From Felis catus (lineage: Eukaryota), in the NCBI RefSeq assembly GCF_018350175.1, contig NC_058377.1, positions 61,504,001 to 61,568,000 on the forward strand: 64,000 nucleotides of DNA, given 5' to 3'. How positions within the stretch are numbered: the first letter of the stretch is position 1; each line of letters opens with the position of its first letter. Made by a program: the position numbers and the translations under genes. This document shows, piece after piece, positions 1-12,811 of this stretch. The notes below the pieces were generated by a model. It saw nothing but the letters and a program-made list of their open reading frames with translations. It did not search any database and was not told the origin of the DNA.

Positions 1-330
1 ATTGTATGTGTCAATTAAATATTAGATAAACAACAAAAAGGAAAATCAGTCAGTATAACTCCCCATGTAAACAAAATAAAGAAGTCATGATATCATTTCA
101 ATAGCTGCAGAAAAAGCACATTAAAATAGTGAATATGCATGCAAAATAAAACCCTCCTCAAAATAGGAATAATAGAGAACTCATTAAACTTAAATGTATC
201 CATGAAATACCTATAGTTCATACTGTATTGAAGACCGTTAAACTAAAATTTCTCCATTAGATTGAGACACATGCCAGGGTGCCCACTGTCAATAGCTTTA
301 TTCAGCATTGTACACAAAGTCCTAATCATA
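1..330 (+). mobile_element. Old L1 ORF2 RT fragment
   Basis: Degenerate 'atcatttcaatagctgcagaaaaagca' and 'cagggtgcccactgtca...ttcagcattgtac' (ISIDAEKA and QGCPLS-like). Confidence 0.6.
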
Positions 331-893
331 ACGATATTATCATCGTATTCTATTAGTTTTTATTTCTTTTTCAGAAATATCACATAGTTATCCTCTTTCT
401 TTATCCTTTTTGTATATAATCTCTCAAAAATTCATATATTTGTCATTTTATCCTCTTTGAGGGATAACGTCCTCATCAATTATTCCACAATAATTCCACA
501 ATAATGCCATAATAGGATGCAATTTCCTGAAATACCTAATGCTCTAATACAGGATTAAAATGAGTTACTTAAGTGTTTATTATGGCATTAAGCATCTCTT
601 TTTGCCTGTCTGATGTGAACAAGTGTGTTTTATTCCTTCTGTCATGGTATTTGCCATTTCTTATTTTATATATTTCATGTTTACATAAATTTTATTAAAC
701 ATTAAGAATATAATGACTCACACTTATTTGATTCAACATGAATTTCCAAGAATATCCTCTACCTTTGCCTGTTGAATGCTAATGTACCATCCAGTTTTTG
801 TAATTGTATGTTTTTTGAGTTATTTCTTCATTTGACTTTGTATAAGTCTGTAATTGGAGATTGAGAAGTTCTCTCTCTCTACTCATTTCTTTT

Positions 894-1121
894 GTTTTCT
901 TTTCTTTTCTTGCCTGCTTTTTTTTTTTTTTTTTTTGAGAGAGAGAGAGAGAGTGTACAAGCAGGGGGAAGCACAGAGGGAGAGGGAGAGATAGAATCTT
1001 AAGCAAGCTCCATGCTGGCATGGAGTCTGACGTGGGCTCAATGTCACGATTCTGAGATCATGACCTGAGCTGAAATTGAGAGTTGAATGCTTAACCAACT
1101 GAGCCACCCAAGCACCCCCCC
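894..1121 (-). mobile_element. Can-SINE
   Basis: tRNA-like head, (CT)n, poly-A; TSD actcatttctttt. Confidence 0.9.
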
Positions 1122-1769
1122 AACTCATTTCTTTTTAATAATCATCTTATTGGTTCCGTCTTTAAGGTAGAATGAAGAAAATTAAACCAGATAACGTGTT
1201 GATGAAGCATCCTGAAAGAGGTTGAAAGTGTGTAGACACAGGAGCACCAAAGAGTAAAGATATGAAGTCACTATTTTGGGAGTCAGTTTCTCATATGCCA
1301 GTTTTGTGTTTGGCTCATACTTTGTTTCAGCATTACATAATGATCCATTCAAGTTTATCTTATTAGTTTATCTTATGAATATCAAAATAAACTCACTTCT
1401 GTGCAGATATTCCGTACAATGATTTTGCATATTATATTAAGCCTCTAGATTGGGTCCTTTTGAACCATTGATCCACACCCGGAAAATGTTTAAATTGTTC
1501 ATTATTCAATTTACCGAGGTTCTAAGAAGTCTCAGGCATTGATTGCCCTATGTATTGTTGATACAGATATAAAGAAGATACAGGTCTTCTACTCAAGATA
1601 CTTGCAGTAGGCAATTACTACATGCAGTCTTTGAATGATTTTTCAATTTGGGTGAAACTCTAATTGGGTAAAATTGTTAAGATGTGTGCCTCTAGAAGAA
1701 TTGATTCTATGTAGGTATTGATCACAGTTTCATTTCTGAAAATAGGGTATTAGTGAGTTAAAGAAGACA

Positions 1770-2075
1770 GACCAAAAAGGGTTATGCACTGTATGAGTCA
1801 ACTTTTTAAACTTCTTGGGAATACAAACTACTCCATAGTGACAAAAAATACAGCAATGGTTCCTAGGGGTCTGCCAGGGGTGTGAGGAGTGTCAGGAGGG
1901 ATTGGTCACAGGGGAGCATAAGGAAAATTTTGGGAATGATGGTTAAGTTCATTTTCTTAATTGTAGTGATGGATTCATATATGTGTGTATGCCAAAATTT
2001 ACCAAGTTTTATACTTTATGTATGTGAAAGTTTATTATATGTGGATCATACTTCAATAAACTGTTTTTAAAAACA
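1770..2075 (+). mobile_element. Old L1M 3' end
   Basis: Typical 3'UTR pattern ending in tatacttcaataaa-like sequence. Confidence 0.55.
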
Positions 2076-2698
2076 AACAAAAACACAGTGGTGAATGTGC
2101 TTTTCTATAAATCGTTTTAGTGTATTTTTTTCCTATACAAATTCATCACTGTTTGTATTCTATGTCCATATAGTCTTGGAGTTGCTCATATTATTATCAC
2201 TCTTTTACATTATTTCTTTATTTACCAGTATTGCAGAGAGTGTAGACAAACATAGGGGGTGATTCCAAATTTGTCAAGATATGGATGCAAAAAAATATTA
2301 CAAAATGATATATATCTAAAACTATAGTTATGGGTTGGGTTACCAGTTTTAGAATATTGATATGAGACACGGTCTTGGAAGTTACCTGGAATTGTGCTAT
2401 TTTCTGCAATTTGTTTTTATGTAGGTCTAAGTGTTGCCAGAAGGGAAGCTCTAGGAGTAAACAACAGGGAAAAAAACCCCACAGGAATAAGAGAAAAAAT
2501 TTGAAATCTCATCATAAGATAAGTTGGTTCTAACATGAATTGCAAATCATTTTTATTAAGTATAATATGGTTGCCGAACACCTCATATTTTGGAGCATTT
2601 AAATACTTTTTGAACATAGATATTTCTAGAAGATATAAATGTTTACTATACTGATATTGCTACTTTGAATCAAACTAAAATATCTGTAGAAAGAGCAA

Positions 2699-3655
2699 CT
2701 AATGATCCAGACGTTTTTTGGAGAAAAACATTTTCAGGACATGGTCACGAATTTGTTTGGTCTTCACACCATAGACAATGGGGTTGAGAAAAGGTGGGAC
2801 TAACAGGTAAAGGTTTGATAGGAGGATATGAACATATGGTGGTATGTGAGAACCAAACCGATGTGTGAAGAAAGAGAAGAAAGCAAGGAGGTAGAACTGG
2901 AGGAAGACACAGATGTGGGCAATGCAGGTATTAAAGGCCTTGAATCGTGCCTCCTTCTGGGGCAATTGAAACACAGTGAGAAAGATTTGAACATAAGACA
3001 AGGTGATGAAGATTATGTCAAAACCTAAGATACTGAAGGCAACAAATAGACCATATATCTTGTTGATCTGGACATCTTCAATAGCTAGCTTCACAACAGC
3101 CATGTGCTCACAGTAAGAGTGAGAGATGACCGTAGTTCGGTAGAGTTTCAGACGACATTTGATGAGCATAATGGATGGTCCTATAAGAATGGCAGCCCGG
3201 AGTGTCACCCCAACTCCAATGTGAGTCAAGAGTTGCTGGGAGAAGATGGTGGTGTGTCTCAAGGGGTCACAGATGGCCACATAGCGATCTAGGGCCATTG
3301 CCAGTAGGATGCCTGATTCGATTGCCTGGAACGAATGGATAAGCCACATTTGTAGCAGGCAGGCTGCAAAGGAAATCTCTGGCAAATGAAACCAGAAGAT
3401 GCCTAACATTTTGGGAAGAATACAGGTGCTAAGTGCAATGTCTGTGGCCCCCAGCATGGCCAAAAATATGTACATGGGCTTATGGAGGCTGCGTTCATAT
3501 CTGATGATACCCAAGATTAGGGAATTCCCAGTCACAGCGATGACATACATGACACAGAATGGAATCCCAATCCAGCACTGGACTGACTGTAGTCCAGGAA
3601 TCCCAATGAGTGTTAGTACAGAGGGCATAAAGACTGAGCCATTGAGGAGGAGCAT
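2699..3655 (-). CDS. OR52A5: Class I olfactory receptor, OR52A5-like (copy 1), 318 aa
   Basis: Intact 7TM ORF with LHKPMYIFL, MALDRYVAIC, SHSYCEHMAVVKLA, KAFNTC and PPFLNPIVYGVKTKQIR motifs, plus an N-terminal NGS sequon; closely matches human OR52A5 as recalled. Start set at the ATG at 3655, not 3724: that ATG lies upstream of a splice-acceptor-like CAG at 3712-3710 and is blocked by TGA in copy 2. Confidence 0.93.
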   Translation of the reverse strand: MLLLNGSVFMPSVLTLIGIPGLQSVQCWIGIPFCVMYVIAVTGNSLILGIIRYERSLHKPMYIFLAMLGATDIALSTCILPKMLGIFWFHLPEISFAACLLQMWLIHSFQAIESGILLAMALDRYVAICDPLRHTTIFSQQLLTHIGVGVTLRAAILIGPSIMLIKCRLKLYRTTVISHSYCEHMAVVKLAIEDVQINKIYGLFVAFSILGFDIIFITLSYVQIFLTVFQLPQKEARFKAFNTCIAHICVFLQFYLLAFFSFFTHRFGSHIPPYVHILLSNLYLLVPPFLNPIVYGVKTKQIRDHVLKMFFSKKRLDH

Positions 3656-3814
3656 GATGATTTGGTCAGCAGAATCAAGTAGTGTTTTTGCTGTTTCATC
3701 TTCTATACCCTGTCGAGACGACATGAATTAAAAATGAGAGGAAATTATGTTTGTTTTAGCAAAGTATATTTAGTTAGGTAAAGTTAATACCAGAGTATGC
3801 ATTCTCCTTTACTA

Positions 3815-4655
3815 TTCAAATATAGTTGATATTTAATGTTTTCTAAGCTTAAGGTACACAACATGTTGACTTCATACACTCACATATTGTAATATCTTGT
3901 AGTGGTAGCTAACGCTCTCTTATGTCACATGATTATATTTTCTTTTTGGGAATATTAAGGACCAATCTCTTAACAAGTTTGATGTTTTGAATACAATATT
4001 TTTGTTTATGATCACTACCTTGTGCATGAGATCTTCAGAAGGTATTTATCTACTAAGAAATATCTCCTCCATTTTGCTAATTCACAGCCCCTTGTACTCA
4101 CAATTGTATCTGTTTTTATGAGTTGAGTTTTTTCAAGATTCCACTTATAAGTGATATCATACAGTATGGGTCTCTCTCTAGAAGATCTCACATGGCACAA
4201 TGCACTCAAAGTCCATCACTCTAGTCACAAATGGCAAGATTTGCTTCTCTCACTGTTAAGTAAACTAATCATTAGAGAAACGCAACTAGAAACCACTGAG
4301 ATATCACCTCACTCCAGTTAGAATGGCTGTCATGAATAAGACAGGAGGTAACAAATGTTGCAGAGGATGTGGAGAAAAGGGAGACATTGTAAATAGTTGG
4401 TAGGAATGTAAATTTGTCAGCCACTATGGAAAGCAATATGGAAGTACATCAAAAATTTTAAAAAGGTCTACATATAATCCAGCAATTCCACCTGTGGATA
4501 TATATTCAAAGGAGAGGAAAACAAAATATCAAAGAGAAATACCTGATCCCATGTTTATCGCAGCATTATTCACAATAGCCAATATATGGAAACAACTTTA
4601 GTCCCCATCAACCTATGAACGGATACCGAAGATGTGGCATAGATGTGCAATAACA
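3815..4655. mobile_element. Old L1 3' fragment with 5' inversion (copy 1)
   Basis: Minus-strand 3'UTR (~3815-4262) abuts a plus-strand ORF2-end segment (~4263-4655). Confidence 0.7.
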
Positions 4656-5034
4656 TTTTATCCATCTTTTTGTTTCACTTTAACTACTCCTTTCAAATTT
4701 TCTCTTTTCACAAAACTAGATACCTGGGCAATTCTCTATATTGTAGGATGCTTAGCAGCAACTGCGACCCCAACCCAGTAGGTGCCAGTTGTTCTCTCTT
4801 ATCATGAAAATCAACACTGTCCTCTGCATTGCCAAATAACCTGCATGTGGGAAGATGGACACATCACATGTGGTTGCTAGCCATTGTTCTAGAGTTTTAC
4901 TTTGGAGAAAAATAGTCTTTAATTAAATAACAATGTTTTGTAGGCTTAATCAAAATGGGCAGAATAAATCTGAATATCAAGAAGAATCATTCCTCCACTG
5001 GTATTAGCCAGATAAAAGAGATGGAAAGGCATTC

Positions 5035-5252
5035 GGGGCCCCTGGGTGGCTCTGTCGGTTAAGCATCCGACTTCCACTCAGGTCATGATCTCACAGTTTG
5101 TGAGTTCGAGCCCGGTGTTTGGCTGTGTGCTGACAGCTCAGAGCCTGGCGCCTGCTTCGAATTTGTGACTCTCTATCTCTCTCTCTGTTCCTCCCCTGCT
5201 CATGCACTCTCTCTGTCTCTCAAAACTAAATAAACATTAAAAAATAATTTTT
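5035..5252 (+). mobile_element. Can-SINE (feliform)
   Basis: Full element; TSD aaagagatggaa.ggcatt. Confidence 0.9.
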
Positions 5253-6830
5253 GAAAGAGATGGAAGGGCATTTCAAGAGGAAATACTTTGGACAAAATGA
5301 AAGTAGCATGAAACGTACAGTGGGATTGCAATTCAGTAAGTGATTTTCACATATGGATTTTTTAATAAGCAGAGATGATGGTTGTTAAGGCTAAGGAAAG
5401 GGGAAGAATAACCAATGTAAAGTTACAGGTTTAAACGAAATAATTTAAGCCTTAGGTAGAATAACAGATCTTTTGCCTTTAAAACTCTGCTCTGCCGGCA
5501 GGTGGATGAATGTCTTAAAAGGATGAGAGCTGGCGTAGGGAGACGAAGTTAGAAGGACACGTGTGATAGTCCGGATGGGACATGATGAAGTGGCCTGGCC
5601 ACATCGGAGGAGTCACAAGGGAACAATATCTGTGCTGCTCGCTGACTTGATGGAGGCGAACGGTGGGAGGACAGGCTAAGATGGTCTTGGGTTGAGAGTA
5701 AAAGCACGGGGTGACAAGGACAAGCTGGAAACAGCCGTGTGTGCACACATATGTGCAAGTTTAGAAGATGGAGGAGACATATCATAAGTCCTTGAAATTC
5801 ATGGGCCAGGAAAACAATCACGGGTCTCATTTACAGCATGAATCGTCAACCATTAATGTTACTGACAACTCCAATTCTGACTCGGGCTGACTCGCGGAAC
5901 CTAAAAGAATCAAAGGATTTAGGTCTAAACCACACACCCTACAATCTCAGGAAAGCTTTCCCCCTGCAAAGTCACTGACATCCACCCTTTGTTCTCTGCC
6001 TCAAGCCCCCAGGGATAGACTCTCTTTGTTTCGGAGATAGCTTGTCCATCGCAAGACAGCTGCAAATGTCAGATTTGGCTTCTTTCTAGTGATTCCCAGA
6101 CTGCTTCCCTCTTCATTTCTCATAAAAGTCCTCAACCCGCCTTCTAAAGATATACATCAGCCGTGGAACACGGTGGTTACGGCATGGATCTAAAGTCAGC
6201 CACACAGTTTAAATCCTTAGGACGCTGTTTAGCTTTGCATGTTCTTCAGGCAGTTGTAAAACTTATAATTGTCTCAATTCTTTCTTGCTGAGAGAAAGTG
6301 AATGGATGAAACACTCTGCAGAGTGACTGTGAGGATTAAGTGATGTGATTCATTTAAAATTTTCAGGAAGAAACATACAATATATTATTCTGTCTAAATG
6401 CAGTGATTTCTTTCATATACGTGACTCTCTTTCCCATGAATAACTTCAGATGTTTGATGAACATTTAACCAGATGAGGTTTCCCCTGAATTCCTTAAGGG
6501 CATAATTTCTACTGAATCTTTTCCAGACCAATATGTATAATTTTCTTACCTTTTAACCAATTAGATTTTTATACAGATCCTTCTCTACTGTCCTCCTATC
6601 TGTCGGGCTCACTTTAAAATTTGTCATCCACTGTGTGATAATATAACTGACACAAAAATATTCTAAATAGAAGCATGAGACAAAATCTTCTTCATGTTTA
6701 AACAGTCAACTACTGTAAGGGTCTATTGTTTTTTAATCACCGCAGCATCTTAGTGGATCATAGTATTACGTGTTCTCTTTGAAACCAATGCTCCATTTTC
6801 CCACACTTAAGCCCACACATAAGCCCCAAG

Positions 6831-7100
6831 ACTTACCAGGAATCATCTGTGATATCATATGTAGAAGCCACAGAGTGAAAATCTTTTGGTGTTTCAGATC
6901 ATGAGGATGGCTCTTTTGTACTGTAAGAGCCACCTGGGGAATTCTTTTTCACCAATGGCTGGTGAGCTTTAAATTAACCTGGGACAAATGTGAAAAGGAG
7001 GGGCAATATGGTTCAAAACCTGGAAGAACTTGTCTAAAAGCAGATCTGCATGTAATAAAAACTCACAAATTGTGGTGTCCTTGGGGACTGGGAGCCAAAA
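6831..7100 (-). promoter_or_regulatory. Putative OR52A5 copy 1 promoter and non-coding exon 1
   Basis: Donor TG|GTAAGT at 6837/6836; O/E(EBF)-like sites TCCCCAGGT, TCCCAGGT and TCCCCAAGGA, plus a TAATT core; strongly conserved with copy 2. Confidence 0.5.
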
Positions 7101-8954
7101 TGACTTCCTTTTAAAACCTATAACACAAAACAGTGCCCCAAGACAACACAAACAATCAATGACACTTATTTACCAAATAGTGAGCCAGAGAAGGGGAATA
7201 AAAACATCTGAAGGTATTCAGGCTGATCAGTATAGACATGCTGACAGGGGAAGAAATGCAATATATCTATGTAATATAGAAATTGTCCCAGTCATGTTCA
7301 TATGTCCCAGTCATATGATACATGTGCATTTTTACATGATAACGTGCATTTTCAAAAATTTTAGTGCCAGTCACAATATCTGTATCAGCTTTCCAGCTGT
7401 GAAAGATCATTCACGCCTGATATTTACTTAGCTGAAAAAAGGGTTTGAACCTCAAAAGAGATTTTAATCTTTGGTATCATGAAGAAGAAAGGAAAAGACT
7501 CCCGTTCTTTGTGTGATACAAGAAAAAGTCTAACAAGACGGCATTACACGCATCTGCCTGAGAGACCTGATGGCCTTACTTGGAGTCACACTGTGTTGGT
7601 CCTGTGATATTGGGTCTGGGCCTATTCAGTAGAACGGTTCTTGTTGCATTGGAAAGACTCTGACTCCCCTCTTGTCATTAAACTGCCATAAAATTACATT
7701 CATCGTAGAAAAAAAATCAGTGGTGTAGGATTGGCTGTGTTGTGTGCCAGGTGAGCTCACGGTGGCTTAGGAGAGCATGTAGTGTTCGTCTCTTCCAGTT
7801 CTGCCCCCAGTGATATCACGTTGCCCAGCTGTAATCAGCCATCCCCAGGACAGTCACACCAGAAAAAAAAGGAGCAAAGTACATCAGAGTATCAATCACC
7901 CAGCAGGATAACAACACATGAGCTCAATTAAAATAAAATACTTTTGGAGAGAATATGAAATAGGCTGAGGTGAGATCGGTAGGTTCTGAAATTTGTACAC
8001 TACTCTTTGTATAGAGAATAATATTATGAACATATGGAATGACTCACAAGATACTTTTGGGAAATGCAAAATGTATTTGAACTTCACAGACCGTAATGCT
8101 ATTGAATGATAGAGACAAAATTACTCTTGGATACTGTTTAATTAAAACCCTTTAGAGCTAAAGGGTGACAAGATGTTTGAGAAACCATGTGGCTCCTTAT
8201 TTGGTGACAGATGTAGTCCCTTAGAGTCCCTAAGAATTTTATTTAACAGAGAAAATTACCTCTGAGAAATATAATAGGGAATATAGAATGCAATTTTTGA
8301 GCAATGGCTCTTTATTCTGCATGTGTTCTAGAGAAACCCAAAAAACAAAAGTGTAATTTTTAAATACAACAGTGTTACAAATGGAGTTGAATACCATTCA
8401 CTGCAATGTGTGATAAAATTCATCAGTTGTGAAAGTATAAATTTAAATGAATTATGAGAAATACAAAACAGAAGGGCCTGGCCATGCCTGTACTATTTGT
8501 GAAACTGTCTGAATTAAAATGGGGGTGCTTACGACACAGAGAGGAGAAGGATCATGGAAAAGTTTATGTGGCCAAAGTATTGACTGCCAGTTTCAAAAGT
8601 AGACTTCAGTATATCCACACGGTGACATTTCATTCAGACATAAAAAGAATGAAGTTCTAGGTAATTATATTGTAATAGTGGTATATGGAACAGATGGTTT
8701 TTATATTTGTGATGAACATAGCATGATGTCAAATCACTATGCTGTACACCTGAAACTGTGATATTGTGTCAACAATAAAATAAAATAAAATAAAATAAAA
8801 TCGTAAATAAAATAAAACTTCTGTTCATGTTCTGACATAGATTAAATAGTAAAATAAAAATTCTGTTCATGTTATGACATAGCTGAAATAGTAAAATAAA
8901 ATAAAAGTTCTGTTCATGTTATGTCATAGATGAACCTCAAAAAACTTTATGCTA

Positions 8955-9173
8955 GGTGTGCCTTTGTGGCTTAGTTGGTTAAGTGTCCAACTCCTGATTC
9001 ACTCAGATCATGATCTCACAGTTCATGAGTTCCAGCTGTACATCAGGCTCCACTCTAACAGTGAGAGCCTGCTTGGGATTCTCTGTCTTCCTCTCTCTCT
9101 GCCCCTCCCCTGCTCATGCTCTCTCTCTCTCTCTCTCTCTGTCTCAAAAACAAATAATTAAAATTAAAAAAAA
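8955..9173 (+). mobile_element. Can-SINE
   Basis: Head, (CT)n, poly-A; TSD approximately aaaact.atgcta. Confidence 0.85.
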
Positions 9174-9570
9174 AAAACTCATGCTAAGTGCAAGAAGCCA
9201 GACATAAAAAGCCATGGATTGTATGATCTACTTCCTTGAAATGTCCAGACTAGTCAAATTCATAGAGAAAGAAAGTAGATGTACGGTTTCCATAAACCGG
9301 GGAAAAGATGAGTGGCAAATGCCTGTTAATAGAATGGGGTAACCTTATTGGGGTTATGAAAATGTTCTGGAATTAGAGAGTACAGACAGTCTCACAACTT
9401 TTTAAATATACTAAAAAACAGTGACTTGTATACTTTATAAAAGGGTGAATTTCATGGCAACCCATGGGCACTTTTATACTAAGAAGAGGAAGGGGGGAAA
9501 GAAGCCAATTGTTGCAAGTTATTCTTTCCAAGTTGGACATTTAGATAAGGACGTGCAAAACCCCAGAAGG

Positions 9571-10066
9571 TGCAGGCATCTCAGCCCCTCTGTCAAGTCT
9601 AGTAGCCTTTAAACATTAGCAAATGCTCTTAGCCTGTGTAATTGATTAATCTTTCTTTGTACTTGTATATATCATGCATTCTTCCTTGAAAAAACAGAGC
9701 ACTCTTGCATGTCACAAAGCAGAGACCAGACCCCCCTGTACAACCTCCAGGCACTCGGGAACCAGATCCCCCTTGCACAACCTCTGAGCACTGAGATAAC
9801 TTCTGTAGTTGGCACCATCGAGTCTGCACATAATCAAGAAATGTTACAGACCATGGCACTCCCTTTATTGATTCAGTACCCTAACCCCCCCTCCCCTAAA
9901 AGCATCTGGGTCAGGCAGAAACCTTGTATTTGGCTTTGGGACAAGAGTCTACCTTCTCCCCAGGGATCCAGCTTCCTGAATAAAGCTCATAAACCTTTCC
10001 AATCAACACTCCTCTCTTGAGTATTGGCTTTTCCAGACAGGTAGCCAAACTTGGGTTTTTGCCACA
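9571..10066 (+). mobile_element. Solo ERV LTR (~500 bp)
   Basis: TG...CA termini, AATAAA at ~9979, imperfect 4-bp TSD (aagg/aggg), and absent at the paralogous empty site (~29715). Confidence 0.75.
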
Positions 10067-10636
10067 AGGGTCAATGCATTATTGCTCCCTCACCTGAAAG
10101 CCAACATCAGGAGTGAGGAAAGTCAACTCCTGCACCCCGTGGGTCGAAACTCACCATCATTAAGACCTCTTTCTTCATCTGCAATCACTCCTCCTAGGAA
10201 AAATCCATGGCCTTTTGGAAGCTCTCTCATGAAGTCTTGAGGAATACAACCCTTGAAAATATTCATTCGATATTTATTTATCATATTTTAATCACACAAA
10301 GAAAATACTGGACCCAAATCAGAAAATGATTAAACGAAACAAGAAAGTACTTCAAAGTAAGGATATACAAGTGGAAAAAAGAAGCAAAGGACTGATGCAG
10401 TCTTATAAATGTTAATTATGAAGACAAGCATCTTCCATCAATCAGCCTGTCAAAGCTTAAAAATCTCAGTCATAACCAGTGTTTTCGAAAATTCAGACAT
10501 GAAAGTGCTATTAGTCGTTGTAAATGATGCAATCTCTCTGTAGCATCATTTTGAAGTTTCTAGAAATCATTAAAATTACTCTTTAAATGTATATATATTT
10601 TTCTTTTTCAGTCAGCTTTATGTTCAGGAATGTATT

Positions 10637-10842
10637 TTGGCCAGTGGCTCAGTTGGTTAAGCATTTGATTCTTGATTTTGGCTCAGATCACAATCTCACA
10701 GTTCGTGAGACTGAGCCCCATGTTGAGCTCTGATCTGTCAGCATGGAACCTGCTTGGGATTCTCTCTCTCCCTTTCTCTTGGACCCTCCCCTGCTCGCTC
10801 TCTCTCACTCTCTTTCTCAAAAATAAATACATATTTAAACAA
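10637..10842 (+). mobile_element. Can-SINE
   Basis: gtggctcagttggttaag head, CT tract, aaaataaat. Confidence 0.85.
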
Positions 10843-12811
10843 AGAATGTATCCTATAATTGTCCTGGCCAAGTGTGTGGGAGGATAGAGAGTCCTGGTTA
10901 CCTTATGTCCTTGCAATAACCCATTTGTTTTTTCTCTTCCATTTTTAGGTGTCAGGTTGGAGCTGGTCTTGAAAATTTGGAGGCCATAATAATGGCTAAT
11001 CTGGACTCTAGGCCTGATTTTGTATTGAATAGTGACACTTGAGGATGGTGCAACTAGGTTCCAGTTTCACATTCTATCTTCCTGTCATTTTCATATTCCT
11101 GTATTTTTAGGATAACTGTCAGGACTAGTCATTGTTAGATATATTTCGAACTTCTCCAGATAAGTTTGGAATTCTAGTGGACCACCACAAGCTGCCTGCT
11201 GCCTGTTTTTGTATAGTTCAGTAGCTAAGAACAGTTTTTACAGAATTCTTTCAGGCAGTGTGGTGATAGGGAAATGTAAGGTTCAGCAGAATATTATCCC
11301 CCAGAAAAAATGAATTCCACTCTTCTACTTAGTAGAACTTAGCAAAAGAAAAACTAAGTAATTATGACTATTGCTAATATTAGATTTTGAATGTCATCAA
11401 AATTTTTGTGGAAATATATTTTCTATCTTGCTACCTAAATACCTACTTAATAATCTTCAACTGTCTCTTTGTCCACAAAGCCTGAGCTATGTATTTGTCC
11501 CTTTCCATAAAGGTTGTTGAACCCTGGCTAAAGCACGAGGAAATTACTTCCGATGTTATTTCAGCTTTGTTCCTAAATAAATTATGTTACCTAAGAACAA
11601 CAATCCCTACTGGCAACCTGTTCTAATCATAGGCAATAGATATTGATATTGAAAATATTTTCAAAACATTCCCCAAGATGGCCTTTAGATTTATAAGTAA
11701 CCATCCTCAGCAGTCATCGATATGTGATGAGGCTGATTCCATGAAACAAGCCAGAGTTTTCCTCATTTATGTGACATGCAATCTAGAATATTTTATAGAT
11801 GCATTGATTTTAATGTCATAAATCAAATTATGGGCATTTGCACACCTGTGCATATTTTCCGTGACCATTCATTAAATGATCCATGAGCTGAAATTTTCAG
11901 GAATAGTCTGCTATCCTTAAGTGTTCAAGTCTTTAATCTTAGGTAAAATCTCCATCTCTTCACTAATTTAGTAGCCTTTACTGATTAAAAAGTGTGTTGT
12001 CTTATATTCACTGAGAAGTATGCTGTCACAAGCACACAAAAAAACCATGTGCCCTTTTTACGGAGAAAAATTTATAATAACACATAGCTTTCATAATAAA
12101 GTTCAACATCTTTGCAGAGTGTCTATGGCTATTCCTTTTTTGTTCCTTTCAAGTATAACTGACACAAAATGTGACATTAGTCACGGGTGTACAACCTGGT
12201 GATTTAGCACGTCTATACCTAATGCTATGCTCACAAGTGTATCTACCATCTGTCACCATACGAGCCTATTACTGTACCCCCGACTATACTCCCGATGCTG
12301 GACCTTTTATCTGCCTAACTTGTTCATTCCATAACTGGAAGCTGTATCTCCTGCTCGCCTTTCACCTATTTTTCCCTGTGGGGCCATTCTTGATATTCAC
12401 ATTGCCTTTGTCTCTGCAAATTGTATCTTACATTAAAACAAACAAACCCTGTGCATTTACATGCCCATCGTTTGTACTATAAGTCTCATTTTCATCTACC
12501 TGACGTGGTGTGTCCCTACTTGGTCAATCATTCATGATTCCTTAAGAATCAGATTTCCTAACTAAATACTGAGAAGCACAATTTTCACTCTCCTGCTTAC
12601 TACTTTCTGTTGGACTTAGGTATTTCATTCTCTCTGCTAATGGACAGTGTCCCTGAAAACCACCACAACTTCTCTCTCACTTGCCCTTCTCTTTCTTTCT
12701 CTCTGTTTCTCTTCCAGAAATATAAGGATATGTTAAGCAATGTGTCAAATTCCCAGTCTGTCAATATTGCCTAGTGTAATAATTACAATTTTGTGATTTT
12801 ATTTTACTCTA

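Noticed and set aside
3656-3724. 23-aa N-terminal extension of OR52A5 copy 1 in the ORF track
   Set aside because: The ATG lies upstream of a likely splice acceptor, and the equivalent frame has TGA in copy 2.
5035-5120. tRNA-like A/B boxes in SINE heads
   Set aside because: Can-SINE heads, not tRNA genes.
5515-5830. ORFs nearly identical to 25988-26303
   Set aside because: Their identity is explained by the near-identical DNA tract, which extends equally beyond the ORFs; no protein motif.
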